DNA of 63,737 nt, counting the filler, from Chrysochromulina tobinii (lineage: Eukaryota): assembly GCA_001275005.1 (NCBI GenBank). It is 6 parts of 6 records of this genome, joined end to end, with 100 filler letters (N's around TTAATTAATTAA, not from the genome) between each part and the next. Parts side by side here need not be neighbours in the genome. Positions count along the whole stretch, not along the records: positions 37,910 to 55,839 come from JWZX01000894.1; 5 more parts are not named here. One strand, written 5' to 3'. The translations under genes and the position numbers were made by a program. Below are positions 43,377 to 53,883 of the stretch, in pieces. Each line of letters begins with the position of its first letter. Positions within the stretch are counted from its first letter, which is position 1. The notes under the pieces are model-generated. The model did not search any database, was not told where the DNA came from, and saw only the letters and a list, made by a program, of their open reading frames with translations.

Positions 43377-44489
43377 TCACCAATTGCTAGCTGACCACTT
43401 GGGCGAGGCGGCAGGCGAGGGGACGGCAGGCGAGGGGACGGCAGGCGAGACGACGGCGGGTGCGGCGAACGAGGACGAGGAGCGTGCAGACACATACGAG
43501 CCCGTTGAGCGTGATGAGGCAGCTGAGGAGGGGCGTGAGTCCGAGTCGCCGAGATTCGCGGCGCGCTGGCGCCGACGCACGCCCGCCGCGTGCCGCCGCG
43601 TGCGCACCTGTGGACGAGGCGCCGTGGTGAGCACACGCATGCAAGGCTGGTCATCCGGTCGGCTCGCCGCGTGCCGGCGCGTGCGCACCTCACTTGGGAT
43701 GTCGATCAGCGCCCTTAGGGATAGGGATAGGGATAGGGTTCGGGTCAGGGTTAGGGTCAGGCGCACCTCGCTTGGGATGTCGAGCAGCGCGCGCGCGATG
43801 CGCATCCGCGCACGCTGCTCCAGCCAGCCTTCGCGACGGTGCTCGAGGTTGCGCTCCTTCACAGCCTCGACGGCGAGCTCGGAGAGGCCGTCGATGTGGA
43901 GCGAGCGCGTAATGTTCTGCAAGCAGCCCGAGGCGTAGCGCACGATCATCGCGTCCTCGTGGCACAACAGCCCCTGAAGTCGGATGTGGATGTCATGCGC
44001 CACCGCGAGCTCCGACCAGTCTGGCTCGAAGCACAGGTTCTGCAGCGCGCCGCACGCAAAGAGCAGCACGGCGGGGTCCTCGGTGTGCACGCACGACAGC
44101 AGCGCACGCGCGCCACCGCTCTGCAGCAGCAGCGCCTTGGTCGCACGCGAGTTGGAGTCGACCGAGTCGGAGCACAGGTTGCCGAGGATCATGAGCGCCA
44201 TTTGCTGCACCTCGGCAGACGGGTCCGCGAGCAGCCAGCTCAGCAGCGCGATGCCACCGTTGGCGCGCACCGCGAGACCCAGCTCGGCGCCATCCACGCC
44301 AAAGGCTCCGTCCACCAGCTCGGCCAGCGAGGCCAGCGCGTCGTCGCGCTCCGTCTCATCGGTCGAGCGCAGCAGCGCAATGAGCGAGGGCACCGACGGC
44401 CTTTCCGGCATGCGCTCGACGTCGTCGAGCAGGTTGGGCATGCCACGGATGGAGCCAAGCGTAGCGATCGAGCCGCTACCATCGCTCAT
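43377..44489 (-). CDS. Armadillo-repeat protein; probable intron 43608-43766
   Basis: SVPSLIALLRS, NGGIALLSWLL..VQQMALMILGNL, SGGARALL..FACGALQNL and YASGCLQNI repeats. A 159-bp GT..CAG segment contains telomere-like repeats and duplicated exon ends. Confidence 0.75.
   Translation of the reverse strand: MSDGSGSIATLGSIRGMPNLLDDVERMPERPSVPSLIALLRSTDETERDDALASLAELVDGAFGVDGAELGLAVRANGGIALLSWLLADPSAEVQQMALMILGNLCSDSVDSNSRATKALLLQSGGARALLSCVHTEDPAVLLFACGALQNLCFEPDWSELAVAHDIHIRLQGLLCHEDAMIVRYASGCLQNITRSLHIDGLSELAVEAVKERNLEHRREGWLEQRARMRIARALLDIPSEVRLTLTLTRTLSLSLSLRALIDIPSEVRTRRHAASRPDDQPCMRVLTTAPRPQVRTRRHAAGVRRRQRAANLGDSDSRPSSAASSRSTGSYVSARSSSSFAAPAVVSPAVPSPAVPSPAASPKWSASNW
43715..43762. repeat. 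Interstitial telomere-like hexamers (TTAGGG/ATAGGG/TTCGGG/TCAGGG) inside an intron
   Basis: ttaggg ataggg ataggg ataggg ttcggg tcaggg ttaggg tcagg. Confidence 0.88.
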
Positions 44490-45063
44490 GTTTGACCGAC
44501 GAGAGCACAGCCAGTGATCTGCTCAAAGTTCGTCGGACTGTGAATTTTATTAAGGGCGTGAATAGGCAAAGGTTCTATCTCGACTGGCCCGAAGCCGAGG
44601 GGACGCCGAGAAGGCCAATTTCCTCGGCGACTGGACGACGTCCAAGGCTAACGTGGGGCCAACGGCCTCAAGTCGGGAGCCTGGTAGGATTGGTAGGAAC
44701 CTACCCGCAAGAAATGGTACGCAGTCGTCCAGAACGGAGAAGCGACGCGAGCGAGCCCAGAGACCCCCCAACCCGCCAACAGGTCTCCAGCTAAGCCAAG
44801 GGCTGAGCGACCAGTCTCCGCACCCGCTTAGCCACCCGCACACGATGAGTTACGACTACATGTATGGAGTTTTCCATTCAGACTCAAAAACGCCTAAACG
44901 CGATGGGATGTAGCATGTACCAGGCCCGGCGAGAGTTCCAGTTCGAGTAACTCAATTTTGGACAGTCGAGACAAGCGTACAACTGTACCGTAGCTTGGGA
45001 ATTTGGGTGCATGGCATGCTCATGCACCAGTCAGCACATTGGAGGGGTGCCTGATGCCGTGCA

Positions 45064-45681
45064 TCACCGCCTGCGCGGCGTCGCAAGCTTGTTCTGTAGC
45101 TCGTCGTCCATGGCAAACTCCCATCCTGCGTCCCGGCTTTCGTCGAGTGTCGTGGCCGTCAGCGCGTCAAACTCTGCTAGCTCAGCGTTCATCTCGTCAA
45201 CCCACGAGGCACTGACGCACGAGCACACGGTAATGCACGCGCGAGCACAGTCATGCAGGTATCATGCAGGGACGGCTCTTGCGAGTGCCGCGGCGGGGGC
45301 GAGCGTGAGCGCCTCCCGTGCGGACAAGAATGCGGTTTCGCCTGCGTTTGGGCAAGGCACGCACCTCGAAGCACTCAAGACGCTTGGCCGCCCGGCAGAT
45401 GGTCCGGGCGTCACCGGCAGGCTGGATGACGAGAAGTCCATCAAGTTCGGGTCGGCAATCGGTTCCCTCTTGGAGGGTTCGGGCAAAGAGGGTTCGGGCA
45501 ACTCCGTGTCGAATCCGTCGTAATCGTCGTCGTCCTCATCGTCGTTGGTAGCATCCATTGTTGACAAGGCTTTGTAGCGCTGATCGTTCCCGAACATGCG
45601 CGCTGCTCGTTGCCGGCGCACGTACTCGGCCACGCCGCAACAGAAGCAGCAAGCCAATGCCGTCGCTACGCTGCTGACCAT
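45064..45681 (-). CDS. Small single-TM protein, two exons (intron 45212-45364)
   Basis: N-terminal hydrophobic, Cys-rich helix (VATALACCFCCGVA). Splicing AG|GTGCGT...CGTCAG|T gives in-frame SASWVDEMNAELAEFD...RRR*. Confidence 0.5.
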
Positions 45682-46255
45682 CCAGCCGGAGTCGCCTCGT
45701 CGCGTGCCAGCACGCTTTTCTAGGGACCGCTCCTGATTTGTACTGCTGTTCCTTGGCCTTGCAGCTGTTCCTGTGAACACAACGTGCGCTATCTATTCAG
45801 CAACACAAGGAACGCGTTCGCGGTTCGGTACAACATTTTGATTATTGTCGACCCCTTCGCTTGCCCCTTCGCTCGCGGTCCGGTGCTTTAGCTTCTTCTT
45901 GATTTCTTCCATTCTAGGTTCTACATCGATTTGATAATAGATAATGATATATAATTATCAAATATCGTTAACTTGCTTATGCTTTCGTTTCTTCGACTTC
46001 TTAAGGTTTCTCACCGACCAGGAGACGCGCTACAGGCCCTACAGCTGTAGGGATGCACTTGGACTTGCTCGAGTGAGGCTGAGGCATATCTCCGCGCTCA
46101 CCGAGAGGAACGACGTGCGAGTGGGAGGAAACCATATGGGCGAGTTCTGGGCGCGTGTCGCTCGGGAATCCTGTAGTCTCCCGGTGTCGTCCCTGGCGCG
46201 CAACTGTGTCCGTTACGTCTCCGGTAGCAAGAGTATTTCCAGAACATGACGGCGC

Positions 46256-49200
46256 CTAGCTCGCCTCGGGCGCCTTGACCCGCAGGCTCGCCGCTTTGGC
46301 CGAGAACTTTGCGGACGCGAGGCTGTCGTCCACTTTGAAAGGGAGCGCCTGCGTGAGCGCGTAGCCGGCGCCGTGCACCGCGACCTCGTACGGCGAGATC
46401 GCGAGCTCGACCTCGGAGATCTTGGCGACGCCCGGCAGTACGATCGTGACGCTCACCGTTCGCGACGGCGCCTCGCCGGTGACTGTCAGCTCGACAGAGG
46501 GCGCCGTCGCGAGCGTGGTCGCGGGCGGCTGCCCAGCGGCAGCTGGCGCCACCTGCGCGCGAGGCGCGAGCATCGAGGGAGCATCCTCCGGCATCTCCGC
46601 AGATCGCTTCTCTGCAAGGCGAGCCTTGAAAGCTTTGACCTGCGCCTCGGACGCGAGATCGTCCTTCGTGACGAGCCGATCGGCCGTGTGCACATCTGCA
46701 TGCGCGAGCTCGCGCAACCCGAGCGCCAGCCGTGCCTCGGCGCGGCGCAGATGCAGCTTGATCTTCTTCGCCTCGGTCTTCGTGTCTTTAGGCGCCGTCT
46801 CGATCCCCTCGCTGCAGTCTGCGATGCACTCCGACCAATGCTGCATCGCGAGGTAGCACGCAGAGCGGTTGCAGAGCGCCGCATGGCCCAGAATCGTCTT
46901 GGGTGCGTGCTCCTTGAGTAGCTCGCTGTATGCAGCTGCCGCAGCCGCCACGTTGCCCGAGGAGAAGAGCGCGTCCGCCGCCTTCTTGGCCTCCATCGCC
47001 TCCAGAGTCGCTGGCTCGCTCACCTCCACCTTGTCCGCCGCGGGCGCAGGCGCATTGTAGTCTGGGCCAGCGAAGGCCACCTTTTTCTTGGCGCTCTCCT
47101 TCGCATCACGGTAATAGCCGAGCCCCGCCTTGCCCTTTTTGAACACGTAGCCATCCTTGGCGCCCGCGAAGGCGCTCGCCTCGAGAAACTCTCCGTCGCC
47201 ATCGGGCGGTGCGGCCGCTTTGGCCGGCTCAGCCGCCTTGGGCGGCGCAGGCGGCGGCGGGGTGGGCGCTGCGGGCTCAGGCACGATCTCGACGATCCGA
47301 GGCTCGTCGTCGTCAATCTTCGTCCACTCGGGCCGCACGTGCTTCTTTTGCGATGAAGCTGACGAAGCCTCGACTGCTTTGGCTGCTGCGCCGGTGCTCT
47401 TCGCAACTGGCTCGCTCGGCGGTGTCGTTGGTTTCGGCGGCACATTCTCCTTCTTCTTTTGCGACGGCGGCGGCGGCGCGGGTGGCGCCGCCGGCTCACT
47501 GCCATCGCTCGACGCGACAACGAGCCGGCCACCAGTGGCCACATCGGTGCCGGCGCTCTCCTTGTCAGTGGCTATCTCCCGCGCGCCACTCGATCGGAAG
47601 ACGGTGGGCGGTGTGACGCGGATGGCGGTGATCGTGAAGCCTCCCTCGGCCGCGGGTGCGAGCTTGAGCTGCACGCGCACCTCCGTGTGCTCCTTGCCGA
47701 GCTGACGCCACACCATCTGGGAGGCCCCGGAGAGCGACATGTCTACAGGCTCGCACGTGGCCTCCTCCACGCTCTCACCCTCGCCCACTCGCAGGACGGC
47801 CGAGGCCGAACACAGCTTGGGCACGCGCACCGCCCTGTCCACGACTTCGACTTCGAACGGCGTCTGTGCGGCCACGCCGCGCCCACGCGCGCGCACGAGC
47901 ACGTCGTGCTGCCCCTGCTTGCGCGGCGTGAAGCGCAGGATGAGCTGGCACGACGGCGGCGGCGTCACCCGCGCGTGAATCAGGTGGTAGCCAGAGCCGT
48001 CGGCTTCGGCAAGCACGTGGAGTTGGACGCGCATAGCGTACGGATCGAACCCGAGCTGCAGCCACTGCTTCTTCTTCCCCTCGAGCAGCGACAGACGGCC
48101 GCTCACCTGCCATGGCTTGGCGCCGCCGCCACCGTTGAGCGACGCGGTGACCACCGCGTTGCTGTTGTACCGTGCGGGGATGAGGCGTTTCTTGTCGTCA
48201 CCCTCGATGCGGTACGGCGCCTGCGGGCTCAGGTCGGTCCCCTCGGACTCGGCCGTGAAGCTCACGATCTGCTCGCCCTCGTCGCCCGTCACCGTGAGCT
48301 GCGTGTAGTAGTGGAAGGCCTCCTCAACCGGCGCGCCCACCTCCTTTGACAAGATCTCGTCCATACCGTCCAGGTCGAAGAGGCCAGACAGCTCGGCAGC
48401 TTGGCGGCGCTTCTCCTCCTCTGAATCGTTGAGCGCGCCCGCCTTCTGCTCCTCAACCACCTTCTTCCAGTCCACGCCCTGCGAGAGGGATTGGCGCATC
48501 TCCGGCAACTGCTCGAGCAAGTACGCGGGTGCGGCCTCGGCTGAGGGCGGCACCTGCATCAACGTCATCTCGTCGAGGGAGCGCTGGAGGTCGACCAGGA
48601 TCGGGATCTGGTCAACAGTGCCCTCGTTCAAGAACTTGCGGATCCGCAGCACCGCGTTCTTGCGGAACGTGTTGAACTGGTACCGGCGCCGAATCTCCTT
48701 ATCTTGCATCAGGTTGTAGATCGCTAGCCAGATCTGGATCTCGCACTTGTGCATCTTACGCAGCTCGCCCGGGGGCACCTTCTGCCAGTGGTTCTGGACG
48801 TAGCGGCGCACGACCGTGTTGCCCTCCTTGTCCGTCGACTCATGCTCCCACGGCCGCGCCTCGAGCAGCGGGCAGAGCACCATCAGAAGATCGTACGTGT
48901 CTAGAATGCGCGCCGTCACCGCGAGCGGCAGCGTGTCCAAGTGGTCCGTGAGGAAACGTGTGATGGAGACGGAGGCGAAGGCGCAGTTCATGTTGATCGC
49001 GTGCTCCTGCTCGCGGCTGTGGTCCTCGTCCGTTTCGGCTAGCAGCTGCTTCTTGAACTCGTCGTGATCCTTGGCCAGCGGCGCCGGCGGCGGCGCGTTC
49101 AGCAGGAACATGAGCTTGCGGTGGCAATAGTCGACGAGCTCGATGATTGCGTCGCCAGCGGCATCGCACCCCTGCTTGTGGTAGAGGAGTGCCTCGAGCA

Positions 49201-49603
49201 TGTTCGCAAGCACGCCCTCGTGGAACAGGAGCATGTAGCCCTTGATCGAGTTGTTCTTCGCGAGCCAGTCCTTGATGAGCGGGTACGCGTTCTGCTTCCA
49301 CAGCTCGGATGCGATGAGCTCGCGGATGATGAGCGGCAACTTCTCGTGCAGGATCATCGCCTCGAGCACGAACTCGTCGCGCTGCTGGCTCGCGTTCACG
49401 TGCGCCTGCAGGTTGAGCTTCTGCAAGAACTCGTGCTGCTTCATCCACGCGTGGTTACCCATCACGCCGAAGTCGAAGGTGCGCAGCTCCTCGCAGTAGC
49501 GGTCGGCCTCGAGCGCGTTGATCGGTCCGGATGCGTCGCTCAGCGAGGCGCCCTGCGAGTCGTCGGGCATCATGCCGCCAGGGCCAACTGGCTTGCTAGG
49601 CAT
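46256..49603 (-). CDS. ZMYND10: ZMYND10 (BLU)-like N-terminal domain fused to a duplicated unknown domain, TPRs and a C-terminal CS/PIH1-type domain; no MYND finger
   Basis: WMKQHEFLQKLNLQAH..DEFVLEA..HEKL..ELIASELWK, FHEGVLANMLEALLYH, IELVDYCHRKL, E.QIWLAIYNL and DQIPILVDLQR match ZMYND10. TPR ALCNRSACYLAMQHWSECIADC. CS-like IVLPGV..LPFKVD..AKFS..LRV. Confidence 0.78.
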   Translation of the reverse strand: MPSKPVGPGGMMPDDSQGASLSDASGPINALEADRYCEELRTFDFGVMGNHAWMKQHEFLQKLNLQAHVNASQQRDEFVLEAMILHEKLPLIIRELIASELWKQNAYPLIKDWLAKNNSIKGYMLLFHEGVLANMLEALLYHKQGCDAAGDAIIELVDYCHRKLMFLLNAPPPAPLAKDHDEFKKQLLAETDEDHSREQEHAINMNCAFASVSITRFLTDHLDTLPLAVTARILDTYDLLMVLCPLLEARPWEHESTDKEGNTVVRRYVQNHWQKVPPGELRKMHKCEIQIWLAIYNLMQDKEIRRRYQFNTFRKNAVLRIRKFLNEGTVDQIPILVDLQRSLDEMTLMQVPPSAEAAPAYLLEQLPEMRQSLSQGVDWKKVVEEQKAGALNDSEEEKRRQAAELSGLFDLDGMDEILSKEVGAPVEEAFHYYTQLTVTGDEGEQIVSFTAESEGTDLSPQAPYRIEGDDKKRLIPARYNSNAVVTASLNGGGGAKPWQVSGRLSLLEGKKKQWLQLGFDPYAMRVQLHVLAEADGSGYHLIHARVTPPPSCQLILRFTPRKQGQHDVLVRARGRGVAAQTPFEVEVVDRAVRVPKLCSASAVLRVGEGESVEEATCEPVDMSLSGASQMVWRQLGKEHTEVRVQLKLAPAAEGGFTITAIRVTPPTVFRSSGAREIATDKESAGTDVATGGRLVVASSDGSEPAAPPAPPPPSQKKKENVPPKPTTPPSEPVAKSTGAAAKAVEASSASSQKKHVRPEWTKIDDDEPRIVEIVPEPAAPTPPPPAPPKAAEPAKAAAPPDGDGEFLEASAFAGAKDGYVFKKGKAGLGYYRDAKESAKKKVAFAGPDYNAPAPAADKVEVSEPATLEAMEAKKAADALFSSGNVAAAAAAYSELLKEHAPKTILGHAALCNRSACYLAMQHWSECIADCSEGIETAPKDTKTEAKKIKLHLRRAEARLALGLRELAHADVHTADRLVTKDDLASEAQVKAFKARLAEKRSAEMPEDAPSMLAPRAQVAPAAAGQPPATTLATAPSVELTVTGEAPSRTVSVTIVLPGVAKISEVELAISPYEVAVHGAGYALTQALPFKVDDSLASAKFSAKAASLRVKAPEAS

Positions 49604-50081
49604 TGGAGGCTGCGAAGGCGCGTGCTGGGCCACGGTGGCCGTTGCTGCCTGTGGCCGTTGCCGTCCGAGCAAGTCTGGAGAACTTCGAAAAGCGCGTCTG
49701 TTACACGATTGTCTCGAGGTGTGAATAGCCCAGCGGAATGTGAATAAACAGGGTGTTGGTTCCGCCCAGCCCAACCGCACCCAGACAGCGTACGGGGTGT
49801 CAGTTTTTACGTCCGCCCGACGAGCCGGACGGGACAGTGGATAAGTCATAAGAATATATGTTCTAATAAGCACTCGGAGGGGATTCATACGAGTTGCGAC
49901 TGCGCTCTACGGTGTAATTACTGATGCTCTGATGACTTTTATCGTCAGAATTTGCACTCTAGTGTGTCGTGGCTGAAGATGTAATGATGCAACTACACGA
50001 GTACAGGCCTTGCGAATTGAGCACTGCTGACTCTATCTGCTAGTTGTGACCAGCGAGGGCCCCAAGCCGTCTCCGCTCTCA

Positions 50082-51191
50082 TCACGGATTGGAGTGTGCG
50101 CAGCTTGTGCTTGCTTGCCGCTCGCACTCGTGGTCTCTCGGCACCTGCGGCGCAGGCCCTTCCTCCAACGGGTTGAAGTTGAAGATTGTCTGCGAGATGA
50201 TCTCTGTTGCCATCCCTAGAGTGTACTTTGCATGCCGTGCCGCGTCCTCCACATCGGGTACGTCGCCGCCGTACCCGCTGGCGTAGCTGGCAGCCGGCAG
50301 CGCGCCACGGGCCGGTGCGCCCGCGACGGCGCCCCCATTCGGCGCTGCCGTCGCGACCGTCTGCGGCAAGCACACGCCCTCGTCGATGAACCGAGTCGCG
50401 AGCGCGCGCCACGCCGTGTGGGTATAGTAACGGATGCGTCGACGCGAGACGACAAAGTTCATGTTGGTGTAGAAGGTGACATTGAGCGGGCGCGAGCGGT
50501 TGTACGGGCGCACGGCGACGGGCACGCCGAGCACACGCAGCAGCTCGCGCAGGCAGGCCTCCACGAGTGCACCATTGCGCCGGCCAACCCATTTGGCGTA
50601 GACCGCGGTCGATCGGAACACACACCGCGGTGGCCAGACGCTCCGCCGGCCACCGAGCGGCATGTAGTCGCTCCACGGTCGCCCCGCCCCTTGCTCGCAG
50701 CATCGCGGCTGCCAAAACTGGAACCCGTGCCCACCATTCGTCTTCGTCAAAAAGATCCAGTCGGCCTGAATGAACGCAGTGAATGCGGGCAGCTGGTTGT
50801 ACAACTGCGCGATGAAGGTGAAATAGACGCCTGACTCGTAGCCACGATTCGGGCACATGCAAGGCAGGCTCGCGTTCTCGCGCTGGTACAAATAGACCGG
50901 GTACTGCGCACTGAGCCAGGCTGGTGGCGCCTTCCCGTGCCACTCCCTGTACACGGCCGGCACGATCACCGTGCGATTCGTCCAATCCTCCTTGTCACCA
51001 TGCATGCAGCGCAAATCAACGCGGCCTGGCCACCGATGCGGCCAGGGATGCGACGCGTGGAGCAAAGGCACGGCATGCGTTGCAGAGGAGGCTGCCATGA
51101 AAATTGCCGGGGCGCGTGAAGAGGACTGTGAACAAATTTGTACACATACCGAAAACTTGGGCTTTGGCTTGGTTTGGCTTTGGCTTGGCAT
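50082..51191 (-). CDS. DUF3431-like putative glycosyltransferase
   Basis: VIVPAVYRE, PVYLYQR, PNRGYESGVYFTFIAQLYNQLPAFTAFIQ and NFVVSRRRI match the DUF3431 pattern. Start is 51191 or 51098. Confidence 0.7.
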   Translation of the reverse strand: MPSQSQTKPKPKFSVCVQICSQSSSRAPAIFMAASSATHAVPLLHASHPWPHRWPGRVDLRCMHGDKEDWTNRTVIVPAVYREWHGKAPPAWLSAQYPVYLYQRENASLPCMCPNRGYESGVYFTFIAQLYNQLPAFTAFIQADWIFLTKTNGGHGFQFWQPRCCEQGAGRPWSDYMPLGGRRSVWPPRCVFRSTAVYAKWVGRRNGALVEACLRELLRVLGVPVAVRPYNRSRPLNVTFYTNMNFVVSRRRIRYYTHTAWRALATRFIDEGVCLPQTVATAAPNGGAVAGAPARGALPAASYASGYGGDVPDVEDAARHAKYTLGMATEIISQTIFNFNPLEEGPAPQVPRDHECERQASTSCAHSNP

Positions 51192-51403
51192 GGCTTGAGC
51201 GTGGACGGACGACTTTCACGGAAGAAGAATTTGGAGTGAGTGGGATTCCTTTAAAGACTCCTAACCGCCGCCGCACACCGAGGGTCATTTAAGGTGGTAT
51301 TCGGAGCGGGCACTAACAGTTGCACCGGTTGTCGCGACTGTAATTAACTAACGTTCGAGAGGAACATTTCTTCGCGCACGATTTCCAAGACGATTTCCTA
51401 CTC

Positions 51404-52336
51404 ATGTGCCGCACCTCCTGTGCGAACATGCCACAGCGAATGCGCATTCAGCGGACGCTCATAGCTCCCGGAGCTGCAGGAATTGGCCCTGGAGCTGCTG
51501 TGTCGCGAGTGAACGTCGGTCAGAGGCTGCGCGTGCAGCCACCCGCTCTGATGGTGCAGCCGGTCGGATTTGGGAGCACGTCCAAGCGTGCTGTCCTCAC
51601 CACGCTGCTGCCTCCTCGCGCCCCAGCTCCGAAACCCGTCTTCTCCCAGAAGCTCGCTACTCGTAAGCCACTTACCACTCGCAAGCCGCCGACCACCGAG
51701 CAAGCCACGGATCCGACCGATGTGCAGACCATTGATCCTGCCTCAGCGTCACATCGGGTGCCAAGTACTTTTGAGCTGCTCAAAGGGCTTCCCACGACTG
51801 CAGATCAGGTGCTTACAGACGGGACCGAAGCAAACCTCATTTCAGAAGAGGACGAGGACGAGGGTACGACACTGTTCGCGTCCGTGCTCATCGCTCCGGC
51901 CACTCCCAAGCTCGCGGTGCGCAAGGCCGGCGGATGCGCGTCGGACCTCTCAGAGACCTGGTCGCCGCCAGTCTCGCACGTCCAGGCTGAGGTGGCCAGT
52001 TCAAAGACCGAGCCGGCAGCTACGCCGCTCGCTGCGGCGACGGCATTCGCCGCTGTGCTGCTCGCGCCCGTCACCTTCAACTTTCCGGAGGCTAGCACGC
52101 TAAGGGAGATCTGGGAGCAGCGCGGTGACGTTTACCGGCTGATGCGGATGCGGAGCGCGAAGCAGAGGAGCACCCTGATGGCCAAATTGGCCGACCAGGG
52201 CGTGGGCATCATCGACGAGTCGCCCTGCACCTCCACCTTCTCTTCGCTCGGCAGCTTCGCTAATTCGTCCCAGCGGAGCAGCTTCCTTGCGGCACGCGAA
52301 GCAGCGAGGGCGGAAGTGCAGCAGGCGAGCTGCTAA
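51404..52336 (+). CDS. Hypothetical protein
   Basis: 310-aa ORF in an otherwise intergenic gap, divergent from the DUF3431-like gene; no recognisable domain. Confidence 0.45.
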   Translation: MCRTSCANMPQRMRIQRTLIAPGAAGIGPGAAVSRVNVGQRLRVQPPALMVQPVGFGSTSKRAVLTTLLPPRAPAPKPVFSQKLATRKPLTTRKPPTTEQATDPTDVQTIDPASASHRVPSTFELLKGLPTTADQVLTDGTEANLISEEDEDEGTTLFASVLIAPATPKLAVRKAGGCASDLSETWSPPVSHVQAEVASSKTEPAATPLAAATAFAAVLLAPVTFNFPEASTLREIWEQRGDVYRLMRMRSAKQRSTLMAKLADQGVGIIDESPCTSTFSSLGSFANSSQRSSFLAAREAARAEVQQASC

Positions 52337-52775
52337 TCGAACAGTGTGTGTGTGCACGTGATGCGCATGCTGCCTCTATTATAGATCCGACCGAGCTTGT
52401 GCGGGCGGTACCCGTGTTTCGTTTTGCGTGCGGCTGTCCCTCGAGCTTTCCGCGCAAGCTTGATCCTGTTATTTGTGCTGGTCTATTATTTGTGCATTGC
52501 CGCACGGACGATAGTGCGAACATAATTCGAGCCTTCTAATGCGCCAGTGTGTCCACTGTGAGGTCGGCAAGGGTGCCGCGCATAAGGCTCTCGTGTCGTG
52601 AAAGGGTCGTCGCGTGCGAATATAGAAAAGGTAATCATAATGGTGTGTGGCCATGCCAAAAGCTTCATGCAAGGAGCATGCCGTGCAAGGCTGGGTGCAT
52701 GGCAGCTCGCAGCTGTTTCATGGGCAGATTTTCGAGTGGACACTGACAGTGCGGAGAGCCCCTCCTAGTGAGTGG

Positions 52776-53366
52776 TTACCTCTCCTTGTCACCTCTTGTG
52801 TACGAGAGGATGCACATGTAACTGAAGCTCAAAGAGGCCACCCACGGCATGCGCAGGTGCATCGGCATGACACCATATGTGATCATGTGCCCTGGGATCC
52901 ATATTACCCAAGAGTTGCGCCAATCCTCAAAGCAGCGCTCCTTATATAGACTCAGCGCTGTGCTCACGACGCTGTACGGCGAATGGAGAGCGTCGTGCGG
53001 GTTCGCAAGGACAGTGCGCATCGTGTAGAAGGTAGGAAAGAAGAAGACGGGGTCGGAGATGAGGTTCATGGCCAGGATTTTCTGCGCCGCCGGCACCAAT
53101 CCACTCCCTGGAAACAGGCGTTCCCAGAGGACATTGACCATCCAGTACTGAATGCCACCCTGGTACACGAAGCCAAACAACGTAAACGTTGCCAATCGCT
53201 GCGGGTCCACGTGCTCGCGCCGCTCAATTTTGTTCTGTGTGAACAGATCGGCGAGGCATGCCTTGGCGCTGGTGACCCCAAGGCTTGTCTTTAGCGGATT
53301 CCGCTGTGCAACCGCGTTCAGCTCGAGGATCCGCCGCGCGCCAGTGTGGCGAAGCGCCACGAGCAT
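52776..53366 (-). CDS. Mpv17/PMP22 family membrane protein
   Basis: NPLKTSLGVTSAKACLADLFTQ, RLATFTLFGFVYQG and NSWVIWIPGHMITY.VMPMHLRMPWVASLSFSYMCILS. Confidence 0.88.
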   Translation of the reverse strand: MLVALRHTGARRILELNAVAQRNPLKTSLGVTSAKACLADLFTQNKIERREHVDPQRLATFTLFGFVYQGGIQYWMVNVLWERLFPGSGLVPAAQKILAMNLISDPVFFFPTFYTMRTVLANPHDALHSPYSVVSTALSLYKERCFEDWRNSWVIWIPGHMITYGVMPMHLRMPWVASLSFSYMCILSYTRGDKER

Positions 53367-53883
53367 CGATGGAGATTGCGTTACGCCTTCGGTGCGAGCC
53401 GGCACTTCGAATCGGGAGAGAACACGACGCTCGCGGCGACACACGGGCCCGTCGGCGCTCCCGCTGGAAGGTTGAAGAAGTCCGCAAGCGCCGTTTTGGG
53501 AGGGAAAAGTAACTTGAGTGCGTGACGCCGTCGAGCAGCTCCGCAGCGAGCTTGTGGCCGCGGACACTTCCAATCCACAACGCCGATTCGGGATCGGCCT
53601 GAGAATGCCTCTCTCCTTGTTCACTCCGCTCGGCTTTCAGCACATACAGCACTCATGCACCACTCGCCCTTCATTCCCGCCCCTCGACCACGCACCTTCT
53701 TCACGCCCCTCAATGCCCCGCCGCGCCAGCCAGGGTCGCAAGCAGCCCTTGCGCCTACCAAGCCAGCCACAGAACGCACAGCGCCGATGCCGCGCGTATG
53801 CTCAGAAAGGTGAGCGCCGCATCGATGTGCGTGCGCACCTAGAGCGCCGTCGCGGGCGCATGGCGCGCAAGCCTGGACGGCAC

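Noticed and set aside
43715..43762. Possible true chromosome end
   Set aside because: Only eight degenerate hexamers, internal to a gene and flanked by coding sequence on both sides.
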